A DNA stretch of 64,000 nt from Oligoflexales bacterium (GTDB lineage Bacteria > Bdellovibrionota_B > Oligoflexia > Oligoflexales > CAIYRB01), in the NCBI GenBank assembly GCA_041736175.1, contig JBGSUI010000191.1, positions 32,001-96,000 on the forward strand, given 5' to 3'. The translations under genes and the position numbers were made by a program. Under the pieces are notes generated by a model. It searched no databases. It was not told where the DNA came from and was given only the letters and a program-made list of their open reading frames with translations. How positions within the stretch are numbered: the stretch's first letter is position 1; each line of letters opens with the position of its first letter. Positions 27,780 to 37,826 of the stretch are shown one piece after another.

Positions 27780-28676
27780 TTAAGTCCAACCGCCAGTGCC
27801 TAGCCCAAAGTAAACAAAAACTTTGTCACGGCCGGTTTGCACCCCCATAAAGGGATTGACGGCCAGACCACCGTAGTGGACGGAAAGCCATCGGTATTCC
27901 ATCCATAGACCTGGTGGGTCAAACATAAAACCTTTGGTGCCAAAATCATTGTTAGAGTCCTCGGGATTTGTGGACCCTGATTCTCCCTGGCGGTTGAGGG
28001 CCGCTAGACCGGCAGAAAAAAGGTAGCCTGAGGTTGTGGGTCGAGATGGTTTGAGTCCTGAGGCGTGGGTGATCTGGTTGCCTTGGTCTTCGGGAGCTTT
28101 ATCGAGGCTTCCCCAGCCGACCACAGGACCAAAATAAATCAAGCCAAAGGACCCTGGTTTTTTTTGGTAAAAACCTGTCCCCGAAAACGGGGCGAGCCGC
28201 AAACCGTAAAAGAGGCCGTTTTTGCCATCAGCTTTGGGTCCACCTCTACGCCAGAGGGCTTGGAAGTGGGTGGTGGGATTATGGCTGTATCCCCTTTTGA
28301 CACCCTGGGTGATGGCAAAGGGAGCCACCAAGCTGAGTTCGACTAAGAGAAGGCGGTCGCGGGGAGTCAAGGCATCTTGAGTAAGCTGCTCTTCAACAGC
28401 CTTTTCCCAAGAGACCCGGGGCTTACGATGGCGACTTTCCCGTTCTTTACGGCGGGCAGCCTTGGATTTTTTGATGGAGCGCAAACTGTCTTTAGGATCA
28501 TGGGGATCCACGGGATCGTCGGGGTGCCGCGGGGGGCGGGCATAGGGTGGTCTTTCGAGGGATTCGATTTGGATTTGGGGTGTTTGTGCAAGGGCTTTTG
28601 ATTGTGGTCTTGAAACCAATAGACCAGAAAAAGCTAGGACCAAAAAGACCTTATCCATAGGGAAATTCCTACCCAT
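27780..28676 (-). CDS. Putative outer-membrane beta-barrel protein
   Basis: Signal peptide, charged linker, then Gly/aromatic amphipathic strands ending VYFGLGTGGWT. Confidence 0.6.
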   Translation of the reverse strand: MGRNFPMDKVFLVLAFSGLLVSRPQSKALAQTPQIQIESLERPPYARPPRHPDDPVDPHDPKDSLRSIKKSKAARRKERESRHRKPRVSWEKAVEEQLTQDALTPRDRLLLVELSLVAPFAITQGVKRGYSHNPTTHFQALWRRGGPKADGKNGLFYGLRLAPFSGTGFYQKKPGSFGLIYFGPVVGWGSLDKAPEDQGNQITHASGLKPSRPTTSGYLFSAGLAALNRQGESGSTNPEDSNNDFGTKGFMFDPPGLWMEYRWLSVHYGGLAVNPFMGVQTGRDKVFVYFGLGTGGWT

Positions 28677-28826
28677 TTAGGGACGGTGGCTTCACCGCTA
28701 AAATAAGAAGGTAAGCCCATCGAGATGGCTTGCCCATGTCTCTATCTCCCCGCCATGGTTCAAATGAGGTCTCTTGACCATCGTGATCTATACCTTATCT
28801 CTCACCTAGGACCTTGGGTAGTACCA

Positions 28827-30293
28827 ATGAAGCAAGAGCCGAAAAAAAACCACCTCTTGGATCTACCCTCCGCATTCGGTGGTCGTTTTGCCGATGATCG
28901 GCACCGTGATCCCTTTGAACTCCTCGCTGACGACTCCTTTTTCGAACCTCTAACCAAACAGGACGTCCGCCCTGCCACTGAGGATAGAGAGCAGGCCTTC
29001 CTTAAAGCGGCTCCTACTCCCAGGAAAAGAGTTGATTCTATAGCTGATTCCAAAGCCGTCCCCAAAAGGGAAAGCTTCCCCACGGCGACGATTTTTTTGG
29101 GAGGCGTGATTCTCTGTTTAGTGACTCTGATAGGAGTTGGTGTGTGGCAGTTTTGGCCTGCTCCTGAGCCCGTGACGGCCTTTGCCTATTGGGAGATACG
29201 AGCCATTGGTCCCGAAGGGCGCCCCGTCGCTGGAGCCGTGGTCAAACAGGGGGAAACCGTCCTGGGACATACGGATAGTTTTGGTGAGTGGCGTCGTTAT
29301 ATGCGGGTGAGGCTAGGGACGACCTTGCCCCTAAGCGTTTTTAAGAAACATGGGGCAGGGAATCTATACGCCACCAAAAATGTCGCGATTCCAGCGTTTC
29401 TCCCCAAAACGGGAGAGCTAGAGCTTAAGGCCCAGATCGGTCTCCAGCGAGACGGCGACACGCTGGCCCAACAAGGAGACCGGGGGGCGCCGGTGATTTC
29501 CCCCGTGGCTCAAGTCCAAACTCAAGCCCAACCTCCTGTTAAGGAGCAGGAGCTGCCTGCACCTGGAGCACCTGGAACCTCCGTCGACCTCGGAGCCTCT
29601 CCTAAGGTGCTACCATCGATTTGGGTTGAAGAGCGCCCGGCCGCGGGAGTAGACCCAGCCAAGTTGCAGCAAGTCCTCCAACAGCTCCGGGATCTTTTCG
29701 CCCAAGGTGGCTACAAAGTGGAGCCCGAAGCTCCCTTGGTCGTCCAAGTAGGTACCGTCAAAGATACCACGGGACAGGTGGCCCTTTACTACGTACGGGG
29801 CCTTGTGCGGACGCGGGTCAAAACCCCAAAGGGGCAGCAAGAAAACACAAAGAATTTGTTTAGCATGCTTCGTTCCTTTCAAGAAGACCCCAAAAAAGTG
29901 GCTGCCGACATCACCCTTGGGGCGCGGCGTTACGGTCTGACCATGAATCCCACCGTGCAGGGTCTCTGTCTGGACGGGATCCCCTGTAGCCTTTACAATG
30001 CTCCCATCGCCCTCAATCCACCTTTTCCCGATTGGCAACGAAAACAATTGAAAGTTTCCACCAAGGAAGGCACCCAAGACTTGGAGCTTTTTGTCTCGGG
30101 GTTTATGGCCAAGTCCTTGGGCAACCAAATCTACGAATTTTGGGGGCCACCCTCAGGTCCGGTCAATGTGACGGTGGTCCAAGGAACGCGCACGATTTTT
30201 CGGGAAAAGTTGGTCCCTCCCCCCGTCCAAGGGGCGCCCCTTATGATCGCAGGATCGGAGCGGTCTAAGCCACGGCCTCCTGCTAAGCTGTGA
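28827..30293 (+). CDS. Single-TM protein with carboxypeptidase-regulatory-like beta domain and Pro-rich linker
   Basis: TM TIFLGGVILCLVTLIGVGVW; GPEGRPVAGAVV...LGHTDSFGEW; start uncertain (28725-28827). Confidence 0.65.
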   Translation: MKQEPKKNHLLDLPSAFGGRFADDRHRDPFELLADDSFFEPLTKQDVRPATEDREQAFLKAAPTPRKRVDSIADSKAVPKRESFPTATIFLGGVILCLVTLIGVGVWQFWPAPEPVTAFAYWEIRAIGPEGRPVAGAVVKQGETVLGHTDSFGEWRRYMRVRLGTTLPLSVFKKHGAGNLYATKNVAIPAFLPKTGELELKAQIGLQRDGDTLAQQGDRGAPVISPVAQVQTQAQPPVKEQELPAPGAPGTSVDLGASPKVLPSIWVEERPAAGVDPAKLQQVLQQLRDLFAQGGYKVEPEAPLVVQVGTVKDTTGQVALYYVRGLVRTRVKTPKGQQENTKNLFSMLRSFQEDPKKVAADITLGARRYGLTMNPTVQGLCLDGIPCSLYNAPIALNPPFPDWQRKQLKVSTKEGTQDLELFVSGFMAKSLGNQIYEFWGPPSGPVNVTVVQGTRTIFREKLVPPPVQGAPLMIAGSERSKPRPPAKL

Positions 30294-30413
30294 CGGTGAG
30301 CTAGGACTCTTCTGCTCGTTCTTCGCCAAAGTCTCGGGGTGTCGGGGTGGACGCTTACATGGTTTGCTGCTACCCTAGGGCTTTACGCACCGAGCCCGAG
30401 AGAGGAGTGAGTC

Positions 30414-32009
30414 GTGAATCCATTTAAAGTCCTGATCACCGGCCATCTGCATGAATCAGCGATCGACGGGTTTCAAAAAAACAGTCGCTTTGATGTGGTT
30501 TATGCTCCGGACTGCTCCCGGGAGCAACTTATGCAGCTTGTCCCCACTGCCCATGTCTTGGTCACCCGCAGCGAGACCGATGTGGACCGCGCGGTGATCT
30601 CCGCGGCACCCGCCCTTAAACTGATTGCCCGAGCGGCCGTGGGTGTCGGCAATATCGATATCGATTTTGCTACGGAAAAAGGCATTCTGGTGATCAATTG
30701 TCCCGGACAAAATACCAACTCCGCAGCAGAGCTGAGTCTCGGGCTACTTCTGGCAATGGTGCGAAATATTCCCCAGGCCCACCAAACCATGAAGACGGGC
30801 GGCTGGGACCGGCACCGCTTTTCGGGCAGAGAGCTTCGCGGCAAACGCATCGGTATTGTCGGACTTGGAAACGTCGGGCACCGGGTTGCGAAGTTTGCCC
30901 ATGGCTTTGATATGGAAGTGGCCGCCTACGACCCTTATATTGCGACCCATATTTTTGAGCGACATCGGGCCAAACCCTATACCAATCTCAAAGACATGCT
31001 CCCTGAGATCGATGTCCTAACCGTCCATGTCCCACTCAATCAGGAAACCAAAGGCATGATCGACGGTAAAATGCTCGATCTGATGCCCCGTGGCAGCTAT
31101 GTGGTGAATGCGGCCCGAGGAGGGATCATCCACGAAGGAGATCTGGTCGCTAGACTAAACACCGGGCATATCGCTGGAGCCGCCATCGACACTTGGGACA
31201 AAGAGCCTAAGCCCCTCCCGGAACTCCTCGGTCATAAACAAGTTTGGTGTTCGCCCCATATCGGCGCCTCGACTCTCGAAGCGCAGATTGCGATCGGTCA
31301 GACGGTCCTCAAACAAGTGGAAAAGGCCCTGGCAGGAAGCGTTGTCGACTATCCTGTCAACCTTCCTGAAGTGACGGTGATCGATAGCCCCATCCTAAAA
31401 GCTTATACGGTCTTGGCGGAAAAACTGGGAGTGATTGTCGGCCATATCTTAAAGTTTAATCCCAACGGATTTGAACTCATCTATCGGGGTGACCTCGCCC
31501 ATTTAAACCAATCCATCCTCAAGCTTTCCTTTACAAAAGGATATCTCGGACAAGTTCTTGATGAGTATGTCTCCTTTGTCAACGTAACGAGCCAGCTGGA
31601 AAGGTCCGGCATTAAAGTGACGGAGACCAACGACCCGGGATTTGAAAGCTACAAGTCGGCTTTTAAAGTCAGGGTGGTGGGCGCAGGGGACAACGAGCTT
31701 ACGGTGGGTGGAGTCGTTTTTGACGATAAATATCTGCGACTAACTCTGATCAACGATTTTTATTTTGAAGTGGAACCCAGCGGCGAGCTTGTGGTTATCG
31801 AAAACCATGATCGTCCTGGAGTTATTGGGGATATTGGACACTTTTTTTCGACTCGAGGCGTCAACATCGATAGCTTTACCCTGAGTCGCAACCGACTGGG
31901 TGGACGAGCGATGGCGATCTTAAAGACCGATTCTCCCCTCAGTGCAGAGGCATCCCAAGGACTGGCAAAGTTGGCCAATATCGTGGATGTGCATAGAGTC
32001 CACCTCTAG
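30414..32009 (+). CDS. serA: D-3-phosphoglycerate dehydrogenase (long form with ACT domain)
   Basis: GIVGLGNVG, VNAARGG, PHIGASTLEAQ, C-terminal NHDRPGVIG. Confidence 0.95.
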   Translation: MNPFKVLITGHLHESAIDGFQKNSRFDVVYAPDCSREQLMQLVPTAHVLVTRSETDVDRAVISAAPALKLIARAAVGVGNIDIDFATEKGILVINCPGQNTNSAAELSLGLLLAMVRNIPQAHQTMKTGGWDRHRFSGRELRGKRIGIVGLGNVGHRVAKFAHGFDMEVAAYDPYIATHIFERHRAKPYTNLKDMLPEIDVLTVHVPLNQETKGMIDGKMLDLMPRGSYVVNAARGGIIHEGDLVARLNTGHIAGAAIDTWDKEPKPLPELLGHKQVWCSPHIGASTLEAQIAIGQTVLKQVEKALAGSVVDYPVNLPEVTVIDSPILKAYTVLAEKLGVIVGHILKFNPNGFELIYRGDLAHLNQSILKLSFTKGYLGQVLDEYVSFVNVTSQLERSGIKVTETNDPGFESYKSAFKVRVVGAGDNELTVGGVVFDDKYLRLTLINDFYFEVEPSGELVVIENHDRPGVIGDIGHFFSTRGVNIDSFTLSRNRLGGRAMAILKTDSPLSAEASQGLAKLANIVDVHRVHL

Positions 32010-32023
32010 GAGAGTAGGGATTT

Positions 32024-32821
32024 TTGCAAGCATTAGAGTCGGTTTTTAGTGGGGTGTCACCCACAACCTATGGAATCTTGGGAATCCTAGCCGGCTTCCT
32101 CGGCACTCTTGTGGGTGCAGGGGGAGGATTTATCATCATCCCAGCGCTATTGAGCCTTTGGCCAGAGAGTAGCCCCGCAGAAATCACAGCGACCTCGCTG
32201 CTGGTGGTTTTTTTTAACGGAGCCTCAGCGACTTGGGTCCATAGCCGGCAGCAAAGAATCGACTGGCGGATAGGGTGGCTATTTGTCCTCGCGGCAGTTC
32301 CCGGATCTTTTTTAGGGGCCACTCTGGTGAAGGAGGTCCCTACGGCGGCTTTTACCGGAACTTTCGGCGTGCTGCTTGTTGTTATGGCTTGCGGGATTCT
32401 CGCTAAAAATAGGATGCCACCTGTGGTCCCGGACGCCACCAGTCCCCCCCGGGCTGGTCCCGCGCTTTTGTTAAGTGGGTTGGTTTCACTTTTGGCGAGT
32501 GCCCTAGGGATCGGTGGCGGGATTTTTTATGTACCAGTTTTAGTTTATTGGTTCCATACCTCAGTCCACCATGCGACGGCTACTTCCCAGTTTGTGATGA
32601 TGCTGATGAGTTCGGTAGCGATTGGAGTTCACTGGTCCCAGGGTGTTTTTCAAAAACTTCCAGTTCCTCCAGTGGCCATTTTAGTGGTAACAGCGATGAT
32701 AGGGGCCCAACTCGGCGCTCGTGTAGGTCCCCAATTAAGGGGAGTCACCATCGTCAGGGGACTCTCCCTGGTGATGGTCACCTTAGGGATCAGGCTGGTG
32801 CTCAGAGCCTTCTTCCCATAG
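32024..32821 (+). CDS. Sulfite exporter TauE/SafE family protein
   Basis: GAGGGFIIIP and GIGGGIFYVP duplicated motifs, ATS, GAQLGA. Confidence 0.92.
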   Translation: MQALESVFSGVSPTTYGILGILAGFLGTLVGAGGGFIIIPALLSLWPESSPAEITATSLLVVFFNGASATWVHSRQQRIDWRIGWLFVLAAVPGSFLGATLVKEVPTAAFTGTFGVLLVVMACGILAKNRMPPVVPDATSPPRAGPALLLSGLVSLLASALGIGGGIFYVPVLVYWFHTSVHHATATSQFVMMLMSSVAIGVHWSQGVFQKLPVPPVAILVVTAMIGAQLGARVGPQLRGVTIVRGLSLVMVTLGIRLVLRAFFP

Positions 32822-32834
32822 ATAAGGCAGGTCG

Positions 32835-34325
32835 TTATTTTTTAAGGCGAGGTCCGTTGAGGAAAGCTTCTTTGAGATGGCTTATGATCAACTGGATCTC
32901 TGGAGTCGTGATCAGAAAGTGTGGGGTAAACCGTAATGCGTTTTTCCCACCATGGATCACGCCGATCCCTTTTTTGCGCAGATATTCTTCGAGCTGGCCG
33001 ACTCCCACCACTGCAAACACCTCTGGATTGAGCTCCATAGAGCAGAGGAGGCCTTGGCCTTGGGTTTTGGTGATCACCTGGGGAAATTCCTTGGCGAGTT
33101 TTGCGAACTCTTGGAGAAGCTCAGCGCCTTTACTTCGGATGTTCGATCTGGCCTGGGGGGTGACCAAATCAAGGGTGGCAACGGCGACGTCGCAGGCACG
33201 GGGATTGGTGGTCTTGGTATTGCCATAGATTCCCCGTTTGTAGAAAGGCACTGCGTTTTCATGGATGGCTAGTACGGAGAGGGGGAATTGGCCCCCGTTG
33301 AGAGCTTTGGAATAGCTTTCCATATCAGGGGCAGGCAGACTTTCAAAGCCAGGGTAGTCCACAAGGCTGAGATAGCCAGTGGTCCTGAGGCCAGCCTGGA
33401 TCGAATCGACGATCAGGAGAGTTTTGTTTTGAGTCGTGAGTTCCCTGGCCACTTTGTAAAAGGAAGGATCCAGAGCGAGTCCAGGGTTGCCTTCGCCCAT
33501 GACGGGTTCGATGGCCATGGCTTCGAAGTAGACGTTGTTTTCGTGAGCCCACTGGTAAGCTTTACGAAGTGCTTCTATGTCGTTTGGGGGAATCGTGTAA
33601 TTGACCTGGAGATTGCGGAAGGACTCTAAGTGGGTCGAGTAGTTTTTATAAGACGAACTGGAAATCATCGCAGGTCGTTCGGTGCGGCCGTGAAATCCGC
33701 CTTGGAACGATAGAAACATGGTCTTTCGCGGGAGTTTGGGGTCTTCGTCTAAGACGACCCTTGCATGGGCGTCGGAAATCCTAAAGGCGACGGTCATGGC
33801 TTCTGAGCCGCTATTGACGCAGATAAACTTTGCGTAAGGACAACCTTTGGGACGGTTCTGGCCTATTTCGCGGCGAAGGCGCTGGTTGAGTCGGTATTGG
33901 CTCATATGGGCTGTCATGACGTTGGCCATAACCTGGGGTGTTGCCAGGGACTTGACGAGGGATTCCGGGCTATGGCCAAACCCTAGCATTCCGTAGCCAC
34001 CGCTGTCGTGAATCACGGCTCCATGGAGGGTGACCAGCCAAGGGCCTCGGGCCGCCGCCGGGATATAGGGGTTCCGTTGGTCCATGGGGTAGAAGTTAAG
34101 GTACCCTTCTTGGACCTGATCGATAAGGGCCATTTCGGAAACCTTTGTTACAAAAGGAAACTCAGAAACTACGGCGTCGCTGACCACAAGGGCCTCATCG
34201 ATGGCTTGCTTAAGCTGTGGAAAGACGGGGATCAGGCCAGCGAGGGTGGCCGGATCGAGACCGGGAGTCGAGCGGGGCCCCATTCTTTCGGCTATGGTGT
34301 TCAGCTTTTTAAGGGTCTCTTGCAT
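32835..34325 (-). CDS. lat: Class III aminotransferase, L-lysine 6-aminotransferase-like
   Basis: ATG 34325 behind AAGGAGG; ARGPWLVTLHGAVIHDSGGYGMLGFGH, NSGSEA, FHGRT, EPVMGEG, DSIQAG, SKAL; recalled similarity to the Flavobacterium lutescens-type LAT. Confidence 0.75.
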   Translation of the reverse strand: MQETLKKLNTIAERMGPRSTPGLDPATLAGLIPVFPQLKQAIDEALVVSDAVVSEFPFVTKVSEMALIDQVQEGYLNFYPMDQRNPYIPAAARGPWLVTLHGAVIHDSGGYGMLGFGHSPESLVKSLATPQVMANVMTAHMSQYRLNQRLRREIGQNRPKGCPYAKFICVNSGSEAMTVAFRISDAHARVVLDEDPKLPRKTMFLSFQGGFHGRTERPAMISSSSYKNYSTHLESFRNLQVNYTIPPNDIEALRKAYQWAHENNVYFEAMAIEPVMGEGNPGLALDPSFYKVARELTTQNKTLLIVDSIQAGLRTTGYLSLVDYPGFESLPAPDMESYSKALNGGQFPLSVLAIHENAVPFYKRGIYGNTKTTNPRACDVAVATLDLVTPQARSNIRSKGAELLQEFAKLAKEFPQVITKTQGQGLLCSMELNPEVFAVVGVGQLEEYLRKKGIGVIHGGKNALRFTPHFLITTPEIQLIISHLKEAFLNGPRLKK

Positions 34326-34456
34326 GGTAGCCTCCTTGGGGTTCCTGTCTCGCCTCTCTAAAATCATAACGGCGCTGTCGATGAAAAGTCGTTTTCCTTG
34401 GTCAAGGCAACAGCTACGAGTCATTTAGGGACGGTGCGGAGTATATCAAACTTTGC

Positions 34457-34984
34457 TCAGATAGAAAGTCCTTGAATCGTGGAACCGTTTTTTTTTGCCT
34501 TAGGACCCATGGTTTGGAAATGGGCGATTAACACCAGAATCAGCCCACCCATGATCGAAACGTCAGCTATATTAAAAATTCCGGTTCTGAGTTCGCCGAT
34601 ACCCATGTTCATAAAATCGATGACTACCCCTGCCCGGATCCGATCGATCATATTGGAGACACCTCCGGCAAGGATCAATCCGTACCCATAAATGTCCAGT
34701 TTGGAGAGGTCCTTTTTTAAAAACAGAAAAGCCATAAGCCCTACCAGGATTCCACTGGAAAAGAGGGTGAGCAGCAGATAGCGTTCCCAATCGGGGAGAT
34801 CCGCACCCATCCCTAAAAAAGCACCTGTATTTTCTGCATATTCGAGCCTAAAGAAATTGCCCCAAAAAACGATAGGCTCATGTCCTTTAAGCCATGAAAG
34901 TGCTACTAATTTGGTGGCCTGATCCACAACCGTGCATAAAAAAGTCGTGACCCCCAGCACCAAAAATCGATCCGATGTTTTCAT
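34457..34984 (-). CDS. lspA: Lipoprotein signal peptidase II
   Basis: DQATK, NTGAFLG, GGVSNMIDR, VIDF, FNIAD; ATG 34984 behind GGAGG. Confidence 0.95.
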   Translation of the reverse strand: MKTSDRFLVLGVTTFLCTVVDQATKLVALSWLKGHEPIVFWGNFFRLEYAENTGAFLGMGADLPDWERYLLLTLFSSGILVGLMAFLFLKKDLSKLDIYGYGLILAGGVSNMIDRIRAGVVIDFMNMGIGELRTGIFNIADVSIMGGLILVLIAHFQTMGPKAKKNGSTIQGLSI

Positions 34985-35070
34985 GAATTCTTCCTCCACT
35001 ATCCCCATCGGCACATGGGCATAAAAAATTGACCCCAAACCAGCCCTATCCTCTAAAATCCTAGTGGTTG

Positions 35071-36408
35071 TCACTCAGAACTAGCTTTTGGAGGGTGATT
35101 TTTCTTACGGCTTAAAATCCGCCGACTTCGTATTTTTTTAAGGATAGAGATGAATTCTGCCTGGGTCTCTTCAGGCAGTGGATAGGACTTGAGTCGATCT
35201 GGCCTCACCCCAATGGCGATTTCTTGACGTGTCCAGACTCCATAAATCACCCCCATCAGGGCTGATAGAAGCGTGCCGTAAGGAAACCAAAAAACAAAGG
35301 GTGCTCCCAGGATTAAGAAAATATTTTTGCGGGTCCTGTGCCTTTGAACGATGTGTAGGCTTAGGAGCGGGTGTTGGTTTTTTTCAAGGCTTAGTTCAAG
35401 CCCAGGGGGAAAGATTTTTATGACTCGCCTTTGGTAGATATGGAGCACCCTTTGATTGGTAATCGCCATAATCCCCTCGTTGGAGCCCTGATGATATATC
35501 TTGTGCCAGAGGAGTTTTTCCCGCGACTGGGGAGTATAGTGTTCGGCGATGGGTTTTGGGAAGTAAGGTTTTTCCATCGGTACATGAGATTTGTTTGAGA
35601 GAGTAGATTTAACTTCGGATTTACCGCGATCAAGAGAGCGATGGGTGTGGGAAGAGAGCTCAAAGGAGATGGCAGCGTTTTCTTTAGAGTGGAGTGGTCC
35701 AAAAAGGGAAACGGCTTCCGCAAAAGGGTCTTTGGGGGGGGAGTTCTGGGAACTGTCCGTTTGGGAAAGATTTTTTTTGGGTCGCAGATTGATCTTAGAT
35801 AGGGAGTTTAATTTCTGGCCAATCCTAGATCTAAAAGCCTGTTCCGGCGATTTGACCCGAATCAGCCCGGACTGCTCCAAGGTTGCCGGGTCGATTCCAT
35901 GGTGCTTAAGAACCAAAGGTTTCGATGCGGGAATATAGCGGATGGAGGATGGATTGGCCTGACCAAGATCTTCACCCGAGAGGCTCCCCTTGTTGGAGCC
36001 TCTAAATTGGTAGATCAAGAAACCACAAAGGAACATCCCACCCAGGAGTTTAAGTCCATACTCCACGAGTTCGTCCGAGTCTGTCGACAGGGCAGGAGGA
36101 TTGTTTGTCGCCTTTCTGTCTCCGCGCCGTTTTGGTTGGGGTTGTCTGGCTCCTGAAACACCAGAATTGGGGCGACGAGGGGGATTAGAATTATTTTGAG
36201 CAAAAATATTCGATAAAACAGGAAGAGTTTCAGAAGTCGCTTGTAGCTGCTGCGGTGCGAATAACAATGCGCCGCTGAGCCATAGGCCTAGTGTGGAAAT
36301 GACCAAAAATCGAAAGGCAATCCGCCGATTGAGTTTGAGATATGGTAGACCCAGGGACGAACTCCTTTTGACTCCCCACCGCTCTAAGGGTGGGCGATAA
36401 ATCCCCAA
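35071..36408 (-). CDS. Membrane protein with possible C-terminal bacterial PH-like domain
   Basis: Several TM segments; MAITNQRVL resembles the bPH motif; start uncertain. Confidence 0.55.
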   Translation of the reverse strand: MGIYRPPLERWGVKRSSSLGLPYLKLNRRIAFRFLVISTLGLWLSGALLFAPQQLQATSETLPVLSNIFAQNNSNPPRRPNSGVSGARQPQPKRRGDRKATNNPPALSTDSDELVEYGLKLLGGMFLCGFLIYQFRGSNKGSLSGEDLGQANPSSIRYIPASKPLVLKHHGIDPATLEQSGLIRVKSPEQAFRSRIGQKLNSLSKINLRPKKNLSQTDSSQNSPPKDPFAEAVSLFGPLHSKENAAISFELSSHTHRSLDRGKSEVKSTLSNKSHVPMEKPYFPKPIAEHYTPQSREKLLWHKIYHQGSNEGIMAITNQRVLHIYQRRVIKIFPPGLELSLEKNQHPLLSLHIVQRHRTRKNIFLILGAPFVFWFPYGTLLSALMGVIYGVWTRQEIAIGVRPDRLKSYPLPEETQAEFISILKKIRSRRILSRKKNHPPKASSE

Positions 36409-36421
36409 TGGGGCTGAGGTT

Positions 36422-36449
36422 CTATCGGTCTTTATAGGGCAAGCCTTTA
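36422..36449 (-). promoter_or_regulatory. sigma28-type promoter
   Basis: TAAAG-N15-ACCGATAG. Confidence 0.55.
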
Positions 36450-36463
36450 AACACCAAATAATT

Positions 36464-37594
36464 TTAGGGAGTATCTGGGGCTAGTTCTACCGGTGGCGGT
36501 GAGTCCCAAGGTTCACTAGACGAACTTGCTTTTGACACTGTGATTTTGGTGGTTTTTAGCTTATATCCCACGCAACGGATTTGAAACTCGTAGGTCCCTT
36601 CCGGTAGATAGTCGATGCGATGAAACTCCTTGGGGTCGGTGACAACCGGCAGTTTTGATTGAAACGAGGGGCTGAAGATCCAACAATTCGAAACAAATTT
36701 TTTGGTGGATTGGTCAATCGTCGTAAGTTTGACCCCTTTGGTGTAGGTCAGGGACTGGGTTCCAATGTCTAGGGTCGGAGTTGTGAGCGTGAGATCCTGT
36801 GCTGTCCCAAACTTGACCTCGCTCAGGGACCAAGATTTTTGGCGATTTTGGCTACTCTTTTTTGAATACCACATAAAGAGCCGTAGCTTTTGGGGTGTTT
36901 GCTGCGTGATAAACTGGCCGCCATGGAGACCAGAGTCGCTGGGATCAAGGCTAATGTTGAGGACGAATTGGCCGGAGGAGTTAGAACGAATCGCCTGGTC
37001 GGGGAATCCCTCAAAAAAGACTTGGCCATCGCTGAGGGCCTGCCCTGGCTCGAATCCCTGAACGGAGACGGAAGAATCTAGTTTTAGACTGCCGACCACC
37101 GCGTGGGTTTTGGTGCCTGTTGGTGAGAGGTCATTGGGACCAAAGCTTTTGCAGTGTGCTAGGAAATTCATATGGTGTTCCTCCGTCACAGCAATCGGGT
37201 CAACGGTGGTTTCAGGGCTGGATTCGGGATTTATTTCGACCCGCCAGACATGGTCGGTGGGAGCTGAATCACATTGGCCGTTGCCGTTGGCATCCGCATA
37301 GTAGTCTAAAAAATAGGATTGGCTTGTATCGATGATACCTTTGAGGTCAAACCTAAATTTTCCACCGTTTACAATTTGAGATTTGAGTTCCACCCTTCGC
37401 CGCTCTGTGGCGGTGACAAGGGCGAGGGTGATGGTTTGGCCTTCATGGGGAGTGAATCCCTCGCCCGAAAAGGCTAAGTCGACTGTTTTGTTGCTGCTGG
37501 CGACGGTATTAGCCTGTTGGGTCTGTTTTTTTCCACAAGCCGCTCCTAAGGCTAGGGGTAGCAGGACAGCCAAAAGGTGAGGGTTTAGTGACAT
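36464..37594 (-). CDS. Lipoprotein with beta-sandwich domains and a DxNxNG Ca-binding-like loop
   Basis: Lipobox GAAC; PHEGQ...YADANGNGQCD...DHVWR...EEHH. Confidence 0.72.
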   Translation of the reverse strand: MSLNPHLLAVLLPLALGAACGKKQTQQANTVASSNKTVDLAFSGEGFTPHEGQTITLALVTATERRRVELKSQIVNGGKFRFDLKGIIDTSQSYFLDYYADANGNGQCDSAPTDHVWRVEINPESSPETTVDPIAVTEEHHMNFLAHCKSFGPNDLSPTGTKTHAVVGSLKLDSSVSVQGFEPGQALSDGQVFFEGFPDQAIRSNSSGQFVLNISLDPSDSGLHGGQFITQQTPQKLRLFMWYSKKSSQNRQKSWSLSEVKFGTAQDLTLTTPTLDIGTQSLTYTKGVKLTTIDQSTKKFVSNCWIFSPSFQSKLPVVTDPKEFHRIDYLPEGTYEFQIRCVGYKLKTTKITVSKASSSSEPWDSPPPVELAPDTP

Positions 37595-37663
37595 TAAGAG
37601 TTATCCTGTAGGTTATAAAAGTCTTGATTCTTGTGGAGCTTGTTAACTGGCACGACATCAGAT

Positions 37664-37690
37664 AGATCGGAACGTCCCTCAAAAAGTTAA
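37664..37690 (-). promoter_or_regulatory. sigma28-type promoter
   Basis: TTAA-N15-TCCGATCT. Confidence 0.45.
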
Positions 37691-37826
37691 TAAATTAGTG
37701 AGTTTGATGTTTTTTTGTCCATTAAATCAGACGATTACTTTTCTACACTAAGGATTCCAACTTGAATAGACGAAAGGCTTGTTGGTAGGTCGTGTGGCTT
37801 GAATTTAGTGCAAGGGGGATAGCGGG

